Shown here: in pieces, positions 22,405 to 34,225 of the stretch
How positions within the stretch are numbered: position 1 is the first letter of the stretch
How the letters are laid out: each line of letters starts with the position of its first letter
Assembly (NCBI RefSeq): GCF_001194135.2
Contig: NC_068985.1
Span: forward strand, 17,344,277 to 17,391,870
Direction: 5' to 3'
Length of the DNA: 47,594 nt
Source: Octopus bimaculoides
Lineage: Eukaryota
Translations under genes and position numbers: made by a program
The notes under the pieces: model-generated
The model's input: only the letters and a program-made list of their open reading frames with translations
Database searches by the model: none
Told to the model about the DNA's origin: nothing

Positions 22405-22564
22405 TCTATATATCTATATATGCATACACATGCACACGCATGCATATGCATATGCATACATGCATACATACATACATACATATGTACATATCTACGTACA
22501 TATATATATGCATGCATACATACACAAACACATACGTACATACATATACATACATGCATGCATG

Positions 22565-22596
<32 letters not shown>

Positions 22597-22680
22597 CATG
22601 TATACATACATGCATGCATACATACATACATACATACATACATACATACATGCATACATACATTCATACATACATACATG
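22405..22680. repeat. Compound (CATA)n/(CA)n microsatellite
   Basis: Direct inspection; explains the MYVC/HTYI pseudo-ORFs. Confidence 0.95.
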
Positions 22681-23088
22681 TCCATGGTCTCAGATCTGTT
22701 TTGGTGTCATATGAAGTACGAATTGTGAGACTGAAAAAACAACATCTGCATCAGAGGAAAGAGACCAGTATCTATCTTACCCAATTTGTGACCACAAAAT
22801 CAACAACATAATTAGGAAAGCCAATGAACTTGAGGGGAGGTATGAAATAAGAGCTGATACAGATATTTCCTCAAGGAGCACTGATAAAATCTATTTATCA
22901 GAACAACAGAAAAAAAAAATGAACCAGTTCACTGAGAAGGGAGTACATGTGTACTTGGCATGTAAAACACAAGCCATAAAAGATAATTAATCATGGAAAA
23001 AGCTTGGCATGGAGTTCCAACAAGTTTATGACATCAAACTTTGAAGGCTACATCCAAGCATTCCGAGAACAAGATGTTCACACCAAGT

Positions 23089-23475
23089 TGTTGTTGGCAT
23101 CCCGTCGCTTGCGACATTGAGGGTTCCAGTTGATCCGATCAACGGGGCAGCCTGCTCGTGAAATTCATGTGCAAGTGGCTGAGCACTCCACAGACACGTG
23201 TACCCTTAACGTAGTTCTCGGGGATGTTCAGCGTGACACAGAGTGTGACAAGGCTGGCCCTTTGAATTACAGGCACAACAGAAACAGGAAGTAAGAGTGA
23301 GAGAAAGTTGTAGTGAAAGAGTTCAGCAGGGTTTGCCACCATCCCCTGCCGGAGCCTCGTGGAGCTTTAGGTGTTTTCACTCAATAAACACTCACAACGC
23401 CCGGTCTGGGAATCGAAACCGTGATCATACGACTGCGAGTGCACTGCCCTAACCACTGGGCCATTGTGCCTCCAC
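23089..23475 (-). mobile_element. tRNA-derived SINE, family C, with 11-bp TSD
   Basis: Minus-strand head ggaggcacaatggcccagtggttagggc...ggtttcgattcccagacc and (AAC)n tail; TSD tcacaccaagt at 23078-23088 and 23476-23486. Confidence 0.9.
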
Positions 23476-23509
23476 TCACACCAAGTAATTACAGCCTAAA
23501 AGGCAGGAA

Positions 23510-23650
23510 ACATTGACAGACAACAAATGTAGGACTTGCAAGATCAAGACTGAAGACATCGACGACATTATTAACAACTGTGAGAAAATGTCTTCCAGAT
23601 GTTATCTTCTCCTGATGCATGATACAATGGCCAGAACAGTCTGAAACAAG
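23510..23650 (+). mobile_element. Degenerate zinc-knuckle fragment of a different RLE-type LINE
   Basis: Frame reads TDNKCRTCKIKTEDIDDIINNCEKMSSRCYLLLMHDTMARTV, matching the C-x2-C...C...RHD layout of the RLE element C-terminus. Confidence 0.5.
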
Positions 23651-24204
23651 ATAACAAAAACGAAATTGACCATATTGAGACCAATGGGTCAAAAGAATAT
23701 CGGTAGGGAATGGGCATGGTATTTCAGGTTGGACAGCTGCTTCTAGGGGCTCAAAGTTACATAATAGTTGTAATGTTAGTAGATGGAGTGTGCAAAGAGG
23801 CAAGAATATGCAAGCAGTAGTGGAAGCATATAAACATTACTATAAATCCAGCCTCCGTCTTCAGGGTGGAGAGATTGGCCTCTTGGTTTTCTGTATCTTT
23901 GTACTCCATGTAAATCTGTTCTGGAAATATATAAGTATCTATATGTTTAAACATGAACGTCCATCTTCTGTATATTTTCAGTTTTTGTTTCTCTCTCTTC
24001 ATAGTTTCCTTTTTATATTTACATGTATATATGTATATATATATATATTTTATATATCAAGTCCAAGTGTGTTTATTTATTTATTTCCATCATTATCTAC
24101 ATATATTATTATATCTCTGTGTCAACAAGACTATCAGAATTTGTTATACACCGCTTGTTATAATGCACTTCCTCATATTGTTGAAGCTTTTGAATGATGT
24201 CCCC

Positions 24205-24372
24205 CCACTGGTTAGGCAGGCCAGCCAACATTCTCCCATTTACAGCTAAGTAGACTGGAGCAACCTGAAATGAAGTGTTTTGCTTAATAACACAATGTGA
24301 CACTCAGTCTGAGAATTGAAACCATGATCTTGAAATCATGACTGCAACACCCTAAGCACTAGGCCATGAGCA
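24205..24372 (-). mobile_element. Diverged D-like SINE head
   Basis: Reverse complement of a tRNA head plus gtgttattaagcaaaacacttcatttcaggttgctccagt; a similar relic lies at ~38130-38300. Confidence 0.6.
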
Positions 24373-24572
24373 TTAGAACCTAATTACTAATGCTCTTTAA
24401 TTTTATTAACTGAATTTGGAAAAAGCAGAGTTCTAGTTATACTAAACAAAAATCATTTTATCTTCCTTCAAACCACTGCAGTTTCCTCTATGTAGTCATG
24501 CTGTTTGCTAGACATAGCAAGTCATACCACTTGAAGGCAAGATAAATTGAGTGATATAGTCTAAAGTTCATT

Positions 24573-24956
24573 GTTGTTGTTGTTGTTGTTGGCACTCCGT
24601 CGCTTATGATGTCGAGGGTTCCAGTTGATCCGATCAACGGAACAGCCTGCTCGTGAAATTAACATGCAAGTGGCTGAGCACTCCACAGACACGTGTACCC
24701 TTAGCATAGTTCTCGGGGATATTCAGTGTGACAAGGCTACCCCTTTGAAATACAGGTACAACAGAAACAGGAAGTAAGAGTGAGAGAAAGTTGTGGTGAA
24801 AGAGTACAGCAGGGTTTGCCACCATCCCCTGCCGGAGCTTCGTGGAGCTTTAGGTGTTTTCGCTCAATAAACACTCACAACGCCCGGTCTGGGAATCGAA
24901 ACCGCGATCTTATAACCGCGAGTCTGCTGCCGTAACCACTGGGCCGTTGCGCCTCC
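24573..24956 (-). mobile_element. SINE family C with 12-bp TSD
   Basis: TSD ctaaagttcatt at 24561-24572 and 24957-24968; (AAC)n tail; CpGs largely retained. Confidence 0.9.
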
Positions 24957-25557
24957 CTAAAGTTCATTATGCACAGAGTAAAAGAAACAGTTATAACTGG
25001 AATGCCTTTGATCATGAATCATTTCAACCTGGCCTGACTTATGGTTAAATAACTGCTGCTCTCAGAGACTATACTTCTAGTTATAGTCTACATTCACCCT
25101 CTCTTCTCCTTCTTCTTTTTCTAAAGCAATGGCTCACACCCAAGCGGACTCTCTATAATTGGTCAAATACACAGAATCAATCAGCTGATGATGTAGATTT
25201 TGTAATTAGTGTGGAAAGAAAATTAGATAACATATTGAAGTACATATTAATTAATTCTACATTTCTGTTGCTGCATTGCCCTTATTTGGCAAGAGGTCAC
25301 TTCTTAAGATGTGTTGAAAATATAATAACATTAATATAATCATCAATTTTACATTGAGTTAACATGCATTACCATAAAATATAAAGATCAATTTGACATA
25401 TCACTACCACATGTTTTTCAAAGTTTCAATATAAAACTCAATAAACACCTTATTATCAATATACTGTCTTTATATGCATCAATATCAAGTTTAGTTTAAT
25501 CCCAATATTTATGTATGTGATTTTATAAACAGCAATATCAGTGTCTTGTTTGTTGTT

Positions 25558-25603
25558 AACACAACATTTCAGCTGATGTACCCTCCAGCCTTCTTCAGGT
25601 GTC
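25558..25603 (-). ncRNA. Inverted second copy of the same hammerhead motif (C15.2 to U)
   Basis: Reverse complement is identical to 25714-25759 except GAAAUGUU for GAAACGUU. Confidence 0.6.
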
Positions 25604-25713
25604 TTGGGGAAATTTTGAACCTGGGTTCTCATTCCTTAGGAATGAGAACCCAGGTTTGAAACTTCCCCAAGACATTCGTTAGGAATGAGAACCCAGGTTC
25701 GACATTTCCCCAA

Positions 25714-25759
25714 GACACCTGAAGAAGGCTGGAGGGTACATCAGCTGAAACGTTGTGTT
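25714..25759 (+). ncRNA. Minimal type I hammerhead ribozyme motif
   Basis: gacac-CUGAAGA-A-GGCUG-gaggguacau-CAGCU-GAAA-C-GUU-guguu; stem I gacac/guguu, stem II GGCUG/CAGCU, palindromic ACGU stem III. Confidence 0.7.
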
Positions 25760-25789
25760 AACAACAAACAAGATGAGGACAAATATCCA

Positions 25790-26007
25790 TCATCATCATC
25801 ATCATCATCGTTTAACGTCTGCTTTCCATAGGTTGGACGATTTGACTGAGGACTGGCAAACCGGATGGCTACACCAGGTTCCAATCTGATTCGGCAGGGT
25901 TTCTACAGCTGGATGCGCTTCCTAACGCCAACCACTCCGAGAGTGTAATAGGTGCTTTTACGTGCCACCGGCATGAAGGCCAGTTAGGCGGTACTGGCAA
26001 TGGCCAC
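25790..26007 (-). mobile_element. Family A repeat inserted just 3' of the hammerhead element
   Basis: Begins with (CAT)n after aaatatccat; flanking sequence resumes aatgtaaataatg at ~26008. Confidence 0.85.
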
Positions 26008-26099
26008 AATGTAAATAATGAAAAGTATATCAATTACCATTTTTCCTATCAGTACTAATCAGGAATTATCTAAAGACAAACAAAAAAACAAATAAGTGT

Positions 26100-26552
26100 A
26101 TCATCAGCAGCAGCAGCAATGCCACTACCATCACCAGCACCAGCACTACCATCATCATCAGTAGCTGTAGCACTACCACTACTACCACCACCGTCACTAC
26201 CACCACAACCATCATCATCGTTGTCATCATTGTTGTCGCTGTCATCGCTAAAATCACTGCTCTACTGCTGCACTGTTACCGCCGAAGCCACCACCACCAC
26301 CACCACCACCACCACCACCACTGTCATCATCAGTAACTGCAGTACTATCACTTCTACCACCACCACCACCACCATCACCGCCACCACCACTACCACCATC
26401 ACAACCGACACAACCATCATCATCATCATCATCATCATCACCATCATCATTTTCATCGTTGTTGTTGTCATCACTAAAATTACTGCTATACTGCCGCACC
26501 GTCACCGCCACAACCACCACCTCCGCCACCACTACCATCATCATCATCACCA
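26100..26552. repeat. Compound (CAC)n/(CAT)n trinucleotide tract
   Basis: Direct inspection. Confidence 0.95.
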
Positions 26553-27037
26553 ATGTGTCTACTTACCATGGGTTACATGGTTTGACAGGATATAAAGAGT
26601 CAAAGAATTGCATTGTGTTTCTTATGCCTCAGTTTTGACATAGTTTCAATGGCTGGAAGCACTTCCTAACAGCAACCTCTTTACAGTGTGTACTGGGTGT
26701 GTGTTTTTTTCATGGCACCAACACAAGCAAGTTTGCCTTGCAGTTTGCAAGACTAAAGAATTCCACCACTCCATGACTGAAAGAAGAATAAGAAGAGTAT
26801 GTGTTTCTGATACCCAGAATAACTTACAAAAGAAACATTCCATTTTGAAATGTTGCCAGCTCAGATAACACAAATAAAAATAAATAAATAAAGTTAGAGT
26901 GAATTGAGAAAATATTTCAATATTTTTATTGATTTTTTTTTTGTTCTCATATAATAAACATTCCGAATCCAAACACATACGCGTGTGCACACGCACACAC
27001 ATGTGTGTACACATGCACACACATATCCTCATCATCC

Positions 27038-27071
<34 letters not shown>

Positions 27072-27295
27072 TACCATCATCATCATCGTTTAATGTCTGT
27101 CTTCCATGCATGCATGGGTGGGACGGTTGTCGGGAGCCAGCCAGGTAGAAGACTACCCCAGGCTACTGTGTCTGTTTTGGCAGGGTTTTTATGGCTGGAT
27201 GCCCTTCCTAACACCAACCACTCTGCAGAGTGTTAGGAAAGGCATCAGGCTGTAGAAACTCTGCCAGATCAGATTGGAGCCTGGTGCAGCCTTCG

Positions 27296-27430
27296 ACCCC
27301 AGTGCGCAACAGGCACTTAATTTATCGACCCCGAAAGGATGAAAGGCAAAGTTGACCTCGGCGGAATTTGAACTTAGAACATAAAGACAGATAAAATACC
27401 ACTAATGATTCTGCCAGCTCACCACCTTAC
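27296..27430 (-). mobile_element. tRNA-derived SINE fragment, family F
   Basis: Minus strand gttctaagttcaaattccgccgaggtcaactttgcctttcatcctttcggggtcgataaattaagt; diverged copies at ~8300-8430, 34230-34360, 37430-37630 and 46250-46740. Confidence 0.7.
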
Positions 27431-27446
27431 ATTATAAATAAATAAT

Positions 27447-27808
27447 CACATGGCACTCCATCACTTACGAGGATGAGGGTTCCAGTTGATCCGATCAACA
27501 GAACAGTCTGCTCGTGAATTTAATGTGCAAGTGGCTGAGCACTCCACAACCACATGTACCCTCAACATAGTTCTCAGGGAGATTCAGCGTGACAGGGAAA
27601 TACAGGTACAATGGAAACAGGAAGAAAGAGCGAGAGAATGTTGTGGTGAAAAAGTACAGTAGGGTTCGCCACCATCCCCTGTTGGAGCCTTGTGCAGCTT
27701 TAGGTGTTTTCACTCAATAAACACTCACAAGACCCAGTCTGTGAATCAAAACTGCAATCCTACGACCATGAGTCTGCTGCCCAAACCACTGGGCCATTGT
27801 GCCTCCAC
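27447..27808 (-). mobile_element. SINE family C
   Basis: Homologous to 24573-24956; probable TSD aaataaataat at 27436-27446 and 27809-27819. Confidence 0.85.
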
Positions 27809-28917
27809 AAATAAATAATAATGTAAGACTGTTTACATTCCAATTGCTTTCCAAGAAGTTGCTAAAAATGAGAAAAAAATTTTGAAATGCAAGATTTTGT
27901 TGGAATATTAGCTCCCATTGCAACAATTTCAGGTAAGTATACCAATTATATTCTGAAAGTATATCACTTTTCAAGCTTGGTTCATAATTAGCTTAAATAT
28001 GTAGAATTAGCCATATTAATGTAGAAATCAGAAACCTCATTTTATAAATTTTTAATGGAAAACCAAAATGAAATAATTTTAATAGTGACAGCAAAATGAG
28101 AAGCAGATTGCAGACTTGGCTTGTCAAGATCTTATCTCTGTTTTAGATCATAAAATTGTTCTAATTATTTCTAAGGCACAAGGCCAGAGATTTAAAAGAA
28201 CAACGGTTCTGAAATGGTGTGACACTCATGCTTTTTTCAAGTTTAGTGGATTTTCTTCATTTGCAGAGCTGGTGGTGGTGGGGTGGTAAGTTTAGTGGCT
28301 CTCATCTCCCACAGTTTGATCTATATGGTACTGAGGTTACTTTAAATATTGACTATGGAAAACCATGTTTAGCAAGTTGTGAAGAGGTAATTGTCTTAAA
28401 ATAAAGAGATAAAAGACATGAAGATAAACAGAGAGGCTTAGACAACAAGAACAAAAAGATAAAAACAAAAAAGAAAAAGAAAAGTAAGTAAAAGGACCCT
28501 TAGACACGTACTGCAAAAAGATAATGTGATAAATGCTTAGGCTAGTAATCTTGTGAATAAATGAGAAAAGCCATGCTGTTATTTAAAAATCTGAAATTAT
28601 TTAAAATCTTGACCTAATATTAGAGAACTTTTACACTTTTTATTTTATCCTTTTCTTTTTATTTACTTGAAGAGAGCATTATTTTTTACATGTTTATTGA
28701 AAGGGAAAAGTTCACCCAATATGACCTTACTGTACTTACATAATTTTATAAGTGACATTCTTTTTTCTATTCTGACACACACACCCTCACATGCATATAC
28801 ACACACACATACGTACACACACACATGCATGTACACACACACATACGTACACACACACATGCACATACACACACACACACACATACACACACACACACAA
28901 TCGCACACATATATCTT

Positions 28918-29270
28918 CGGCACTCTGTCGGTTATGACGACGATGATTCCAGTTGATCCCGATCAATGGAACAGCCTGTTCATGAAGTTAATGTGCAAGT
29001 GGCTGAGCACTCCACAGACATGTGTACCCTCAATATAGTTCTCGGGGAGATTCAGTGTGACACAGGGTGTGAATAGGCTGGCCCTTTGAAATACAGGTAC
29101 AATGGAAACAGGAAGAAAGAGTGAGAGAAAGTTGTAGTGAAAGAGTACAGCAGGGTTTGCCACCATCCCCTGCTGGAGCCTTGTGAAGCTTTAAGTGTTT
29201 TCGCTCAATAAACACTCACAACGCCCAGTCAGAGAATCAAATCCGTGATCCTATGACCATGAGTCCACTG
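28918..29270 (-). mobile_element. SINE family C, head truncated by gap
   Basis: Homologous to the other C copies and runs into the N-gap at 29271. Confidence 0.85.
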
Positions 29271-30776
29271 NNNNNNNNNNNNNNNNNNNNNNNNNNNNNN
29301 NNNNNNNNNNNNNNNNNNNNNNNNNNNNNNNNNNNNNNNNNNNNNNNNNNNNNNNNNNNNNNNNNNNNNNNNNNNNNNNNNNNNNNNNNNNNNNNNNNNN
29401 NNNNNNNNNNNNNNNNNNNNNNNNNNNNNNNNNNNNNNNNNNNNNNNNNNNNNNNNNNNNNNNNNNNNNNNNNNNNNNNNNNNNNNNNNNNNNNNNNNNN
29501 NNNNNNNNNNNNNNNNNNNNNNNNNNNNNNNNNNNNNNNNNNNNNNNNNNNNNNNNNNNNNNNNNNNNNNNNNNNNNNNNNNNNNNNNNNNNNNNNNNNN
29601 NNNNNNNNNNNNNNNNNNNNNNNNNNNNNNNNNNNNNNNNNNNNNNNNNNNNNNNNNNNNNNNNNNNNNNNNNNNNNNNNNNNNNNNNNNNNNNNNNNNN
29701 NNNNNNNNNNNNNNNNNNNNNNNNNNNNNNNNNNNNNNNNNNNNNNNNNNNNNNNNNNNNNNNNNNNNNNNNNNNNNNNNNNNNNNNNNNNNNNNNNNNN
29801 NNNNNNNNNNNNNNNNNNNNNNNNNNNNNNNNNNNNNNNNNNNNNNNNNNNNNNNNNNNNNNNNNNNNNNNNNNNNNNNNNNNNNNNNNNNNNNNNNNNN
29901 NNNNNNNNNNNNNNNNNNNNNNNNNNNNNNNNNNNNNNNNNNNNNNNNNNNNNNNNNNNNNNNNNNNNNNNNNNNNNNNNNNNNNNNNNNNNNNNNNNNN
30001 NNNNNNNNNNNNNNNNNNNNNNNNNNNNNNNNNNNNNNNNNNNNNNNNNNNNNNNNNNCTGGTTGGTGTTAGGAAGGGCATCCAGCTGTAGAAACTCTGC
30101 CAAATCAGATTGGAGTCTGGCGTAGCCATTTGGTTTCACCAGTCCTCAGTCAAATCGTCCAACCCATGCTAGCTTGGAAAGCAGATGTTAAACGATGATG
30201 ATGATGATGATGTTAAAACTAGTGGACAATATTACTTTGTAATTCTCTCATCACTACTTTGGTAAGTTTAGTGAAATGTAAGCTTTATTCAATAGGAGTG
30301 AAAATTGTCCAGAGTTGTCTCCTATTCTTACTGGGATAATTAAAATATTAATGAAGCTGTGAGGTTATCCTCTGTTTATCTTTGCATTTCTTTTCTTTTA
30401 ACATAGCATCAGCACAGATATTTTTTGTATGTAGCACAGACATCAGTGCTTTTTATATATCATATTTATTATTAAAAAAAAAGGAGTAGGTCATCGAATT
30501 AATATCTTATCAAGTTTCATTCATTAAGCTTTCAAAAATTGATTATAAATAATTATGCAATGAAGAAATAGCAACCATTATACTTTTAAGTTTTTCAGCA
30601 AGTGTAGAAGACAGCTACAAACATATCGTAATATTAATACTTGTATTATTTCAGTCATTCTAAGTATATAACATTTTTCTCTTTCCAGTTCCAATTATAG
30701 GAGTTCTTTAACAGAAGGTGCAAAATTTAAGCAAGGATACTAAAGTCCAAATGGTGAAAAAGCATGCATTTTCAGA

Positions 30777-30837
30777 CATTAAGACTAGTCATTAAGACTA
30801 GTCATTAAGACTAGACATTAAGACTAGTCAATTAAGA
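30777..30837. repeat. 13-bp tandem repeat x4
   Basis: cattaagactagt repeated. Confidence 0.9.
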
Positions 30838-31002
30838 GTACAACTGGGTTTCCAAACTGACTTGCAAAGATATACCTTGACCATATCAGCTGAGAGTTGT
30901 TATCTATTGTTTTATTTATTTATTCATTGTTTTATATGTATATTATCTTTACTAAATTTTGTTTTGTTCATACTGCCCCCACTTTGATATCAGTAAAGAT
31001 AT

Positions 31003-31082
<80 letters not shown>

Positions 31083-31199
31083 CCTCTCTCTTTCCATCCC
31101 CCTCTTTCTTCCTCCTCCTCTCTCAATATATGTGTAGTATATGTGTGCGTGTATTTATTTGCTTCAGTATGTTGGTGAATGCGTGTCTCTTCGTGTGTG

Positions 31200-31324
31200 T
31201 ATGTATGTATATATATATGTATGTATGAATGTATGTATGCATGAATATGTATTTATATGTATATAGATATAACCTACATATACATATATATATATATATA
31301 TATATATTTATACATACATATATA

Positions 31325-31371
<47 letters not shown>

Positions 31372-31430
31372 CATACATATATATATATATTATATATATA
31401 TATATATGTATGTATGTATGTATGTATAGA
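31200..31430. repeat. Compound (TA)n/(TATG)n tract, preceded by (CT)n at ~31005-31090
   Basis: Direct inspection. Confidence 0.95.
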
Positions 31431-31436
31431 GATATA

Positions 31437-32102
31437 TACGGTGGCCCAAAAGTCACTGAGGGGTTGCAATCTTTGATAATTCTTTTTATTTTTTAACCTT
31501 TTCTTTTTCTTTTCAGGGATTTTATGGACTACGTTCTGGAAATTAATTAATGGGAAAATATGGTACTGCACAACGCACCCAATTGGTGAAATTGTGCTAT
31601 CAAAATCAGAGGTCAATAATTCAAGCCCAGAGAACACCAAAGAGACTTGCACCTCATAAAGTGTTCAGTATGGTGTGCGATTACGGTGGATGAGATAAAC
31701 AGGCTTTATTTCTTTGAGGATGATGATGGGAATGTTGTTGGGACAGTTTAGCTTAATGGTAAAACACTTGACGTGTAATCACAGGGATGTGAATTCGAGT
31801 CTCATGGCTGGCCGCCGACAGATTTTTCTGCAAAATATATGCCAGCATGGAAAGCAGACATTAAATGACAACAATGATGATGATGATATATATATGTGTA
31901 TATACATACATATTTATAAATTACTATATTCCCTTAATTTTCCTTTAAACTCTCTATAAGTATATGTGTTGCATTACAATAAGTAACTGCATTCATCCTA
32001 CATGTTAATACATTAGCATAATAATCACAAGGCATTGCTTATAAATCCTAATGATAATTTAGCCAAATCATAATCTTAAAAGCGTTTTTCGGTCACCTCT
32101 TT
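31437..32102 (+). mobile_element. Tc1/mariner-superfamily transposon remnant, interrupted by a tRNA-derived SINE
   Basis: TA followed by TIR-like CGGTGGCCCAAAAGT at 31439. Peptide HQRDLHLIKCSVWCAITVDEINRLYFFEDDDGN resembles the VWCAI..IIGPYFFE motif of DD37D/DD41D-type transposases. Possible degenerate right TIR near 32083-32100. Confidence 0.6.
31741..31828 (+). mobile_element. Family E tRNA-like head inserted in the mariner remnant
   Basis: gtttagcttaatggtaaaacac...gtgaattcgagtctcatggctggccgccgacagattt. Confidence 0.6.
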
Positions 32103-33276
32103 ATCAATTCACTCTCAATCACGGTCAGGTTCTATAACTACTTTCCACGACTGTGACATTTCACACCCCACAACAAGGTTAAGCAAATAACCAAACACTT
32201 ACATAACAATTTAAATGTCAAGTCAGATGAAATTCACCACCTTTTAGTAGCAGGCAAAACAAAAGAACATGACTTTAACAAATACTTGACTGGATTATAA
32301 AGTAGAAACTTGCTTTAATATAGTGCCACTTCAATAGTATTAAGACAGGGATTGTGGAAAAGAAAAAGGCCAATAACAGAAGACTATGAAAAGATGAGCA
32401 AGTATAGTTGTATATTTAAGAAGTGTACTTTGAATCTATGTGGTTATTGGTTCAGTTTTGTGTCACCTTGGGCCCCTTGGGTCATCTGTTGTAGCTTCAG
32501 AGTGACCAGTACTTCATGAGAGAAATTATGTAGCCAGAAACTCTGTGGAAGTTCCCCCATACACACACACACACACATACATGCATACATAAGATAGATA
32601 GATAGATAGATACAGATATATCTAAATAGATGTGTGAATGTGTGTGTGTATGTATATGTATGTATGTGTATCTTTTATTCTTTTTTATATATCAAACATT
32701 TTAAATAAATATTATATGTATATAATATACTCATCTGAAAACAGGACCCTGGTAGCATTAAGAAAATAACAAACATTTTCCTGGCTGTTCCAGAGCCCTG
32801 TCTTCTGCCCTACTTACCAATATTTTGGTCTGTTTTAAATTCACTTTAAGGTCACCTAATTCTAGGTTTTATTTCTACGTTTGGAATATATAACAAACCA
32901 TAAAGGTGGAATTGAATGATCATGATGTTCAATCTACAGGATGCAAAACAATGAGTTGTTACTAATTATATTTTCATAATCTAACAACTTTATTTTGACT
33001 TGTTCATATTTTATCTCATTCAAGTAATGACATAAACTTCAAAATATTTATTGCCATTTGTGAGGAAGTGGGTTTAATAAGCTATTCATATCCTTTTCCA
33101 CTTCCTGCAATGTAAAAACAAAATTAAAACCTGATTTAAAAAATTAAAAACAATGTGGCAACCTCTACATGGTCATTTGATATAATAGAAATAGCAGTCA
33201 AATTCCTTTCAAATCATAGCTTGTTTTCATAAAAGTAAAATGAAATGGTTATATTAGATAATGTAATCCAAGATAT

Positions 33277-33703
33277 GTGAAGGCACATGGCTCAGTGGTT
33301 AGAGCGTCGAACTTATGATTGTGGAGTTGTGAGTTTGAATCCCAGACCAGGCTGCATGTTGTGTTCTTGAGCAAGATACTTTATTTCACGTTGCTCCAGT
33401 TCACTCAGCTGTAGAAATGAGTTGCGACANNNNNNNNNNCTGCATGTTGTGTTCTTGAGCAAGATACTTTATTTCACGTTGCTCCAGTTCACTCAGCTGT
33501 AGAAATGAGTTGCGACATCACAGGTGCCAAGCTGTATTGACCTTTGCCTTTCCCTTGGATAACATTTGTGGCATGGAAAGGGGAGGCCGGTATGCATGGG
33601 CGACTGCTGGTCTTCCATAAACAACCTTGCCTGAACTTGTGCTTGGGAGGGTAACTTTCTAGGTGCAATCCCATGGTCAGTCATGACCGAAGGGGGTCTC
33701 AGC
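33277..33703 (+). mobile_element. tRNA/CORE-like SINE, family D, with 12-bp TSD
   Basis: Head ggcacatggctcagtggttagagc...gagtttgaatccc, CORE-like gtgttcttgagcaagatac; TSD aatccaagatat at 33265-33276 and 33704-33715. Confidence 0.85.
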
Positions 33704-34029
33704 AATCCAAGATATACACTGTCTGAGTAAAAGAGATGATAAACAACAAGGTATGCATTTATTTCAAGTTTTAAACAATTTCTTTTAAAATTAAAAGTAA
33801 TATAACTGGGTAATATTTTACAAAATTATAAACAGTTTGTGTGTGTATGTACATGTGTGTGTGTGTGTCTTTGTGCATGTGTATGTGTACGTGTGTTTTG
33901 GATGGTTTAATGGCTTTGTGACATGCAGTCAAATATCTGGAACCAATACATTATCATCAGTTCAGTATTGTAAAGGAAATCTTAAATATTTAACATCTTG
34001 AGAAATATGTCAGCCACAACCAATAAAGA

Positions 34030-34225
34030 AGTCACTTATGGTTGGTTAACTAACTAGAAATAACAGACAAATCTTCAAATCACACTCTACCATCTTAGGA
34101 AAAAGAGGACACTTTAGAAAACATAGTCCTAAACACCCATAAAAGACAGATGGTCACAGTTGGAATGGCTTTCATAGAAGTATGTTTCTGCTTGATCAGG
34201 ATTGACTTGGAGCTAAATAACAACT
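34030..34225 (+). mobile_element. Old interspersed repeat, family G
   Basis: Motif atggtcattcaac..ctagaaatagcagccaaatct..caaatcacaccctacc...gatggtca..gctggaatgcctttgatca; relics at ~9665-9730, 33155-33270, 42375-42540 and 43880-43990(-). Confidence 0.6.

Noticed and set aside
22326-22811. Overlapping MYVC/HTYI ORFs (likewise at 16720, 20735, 28663, 31123 and 42832)
   Set aside because: Microsatellite read-through.
26066-26600. Poly-Thr/His/Gly/Asp/Val ORFs
   Set aside because: Translation of a trinucleotide microsatellite, open in several frames on both strands.
29237-30139. Long ORFs containing X (also 4119-4856 and 19494-19902)
   Set aside because: Artefacts of N-gaps.
33277-33355. tRNA-like sequences (also the heads of families B, C and E) as functional tRNA genes
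   Set aside because: Cloverleaves are incomplete and each continues into a SINE body with tail and often a TSD.
33352-33517. Exact 78-bp direct repeat inside the family D SINE
   Set aside because: The copies are identical and flank a 10-N gap; almost certainly unmerged contig overlap, an assembly artefact.
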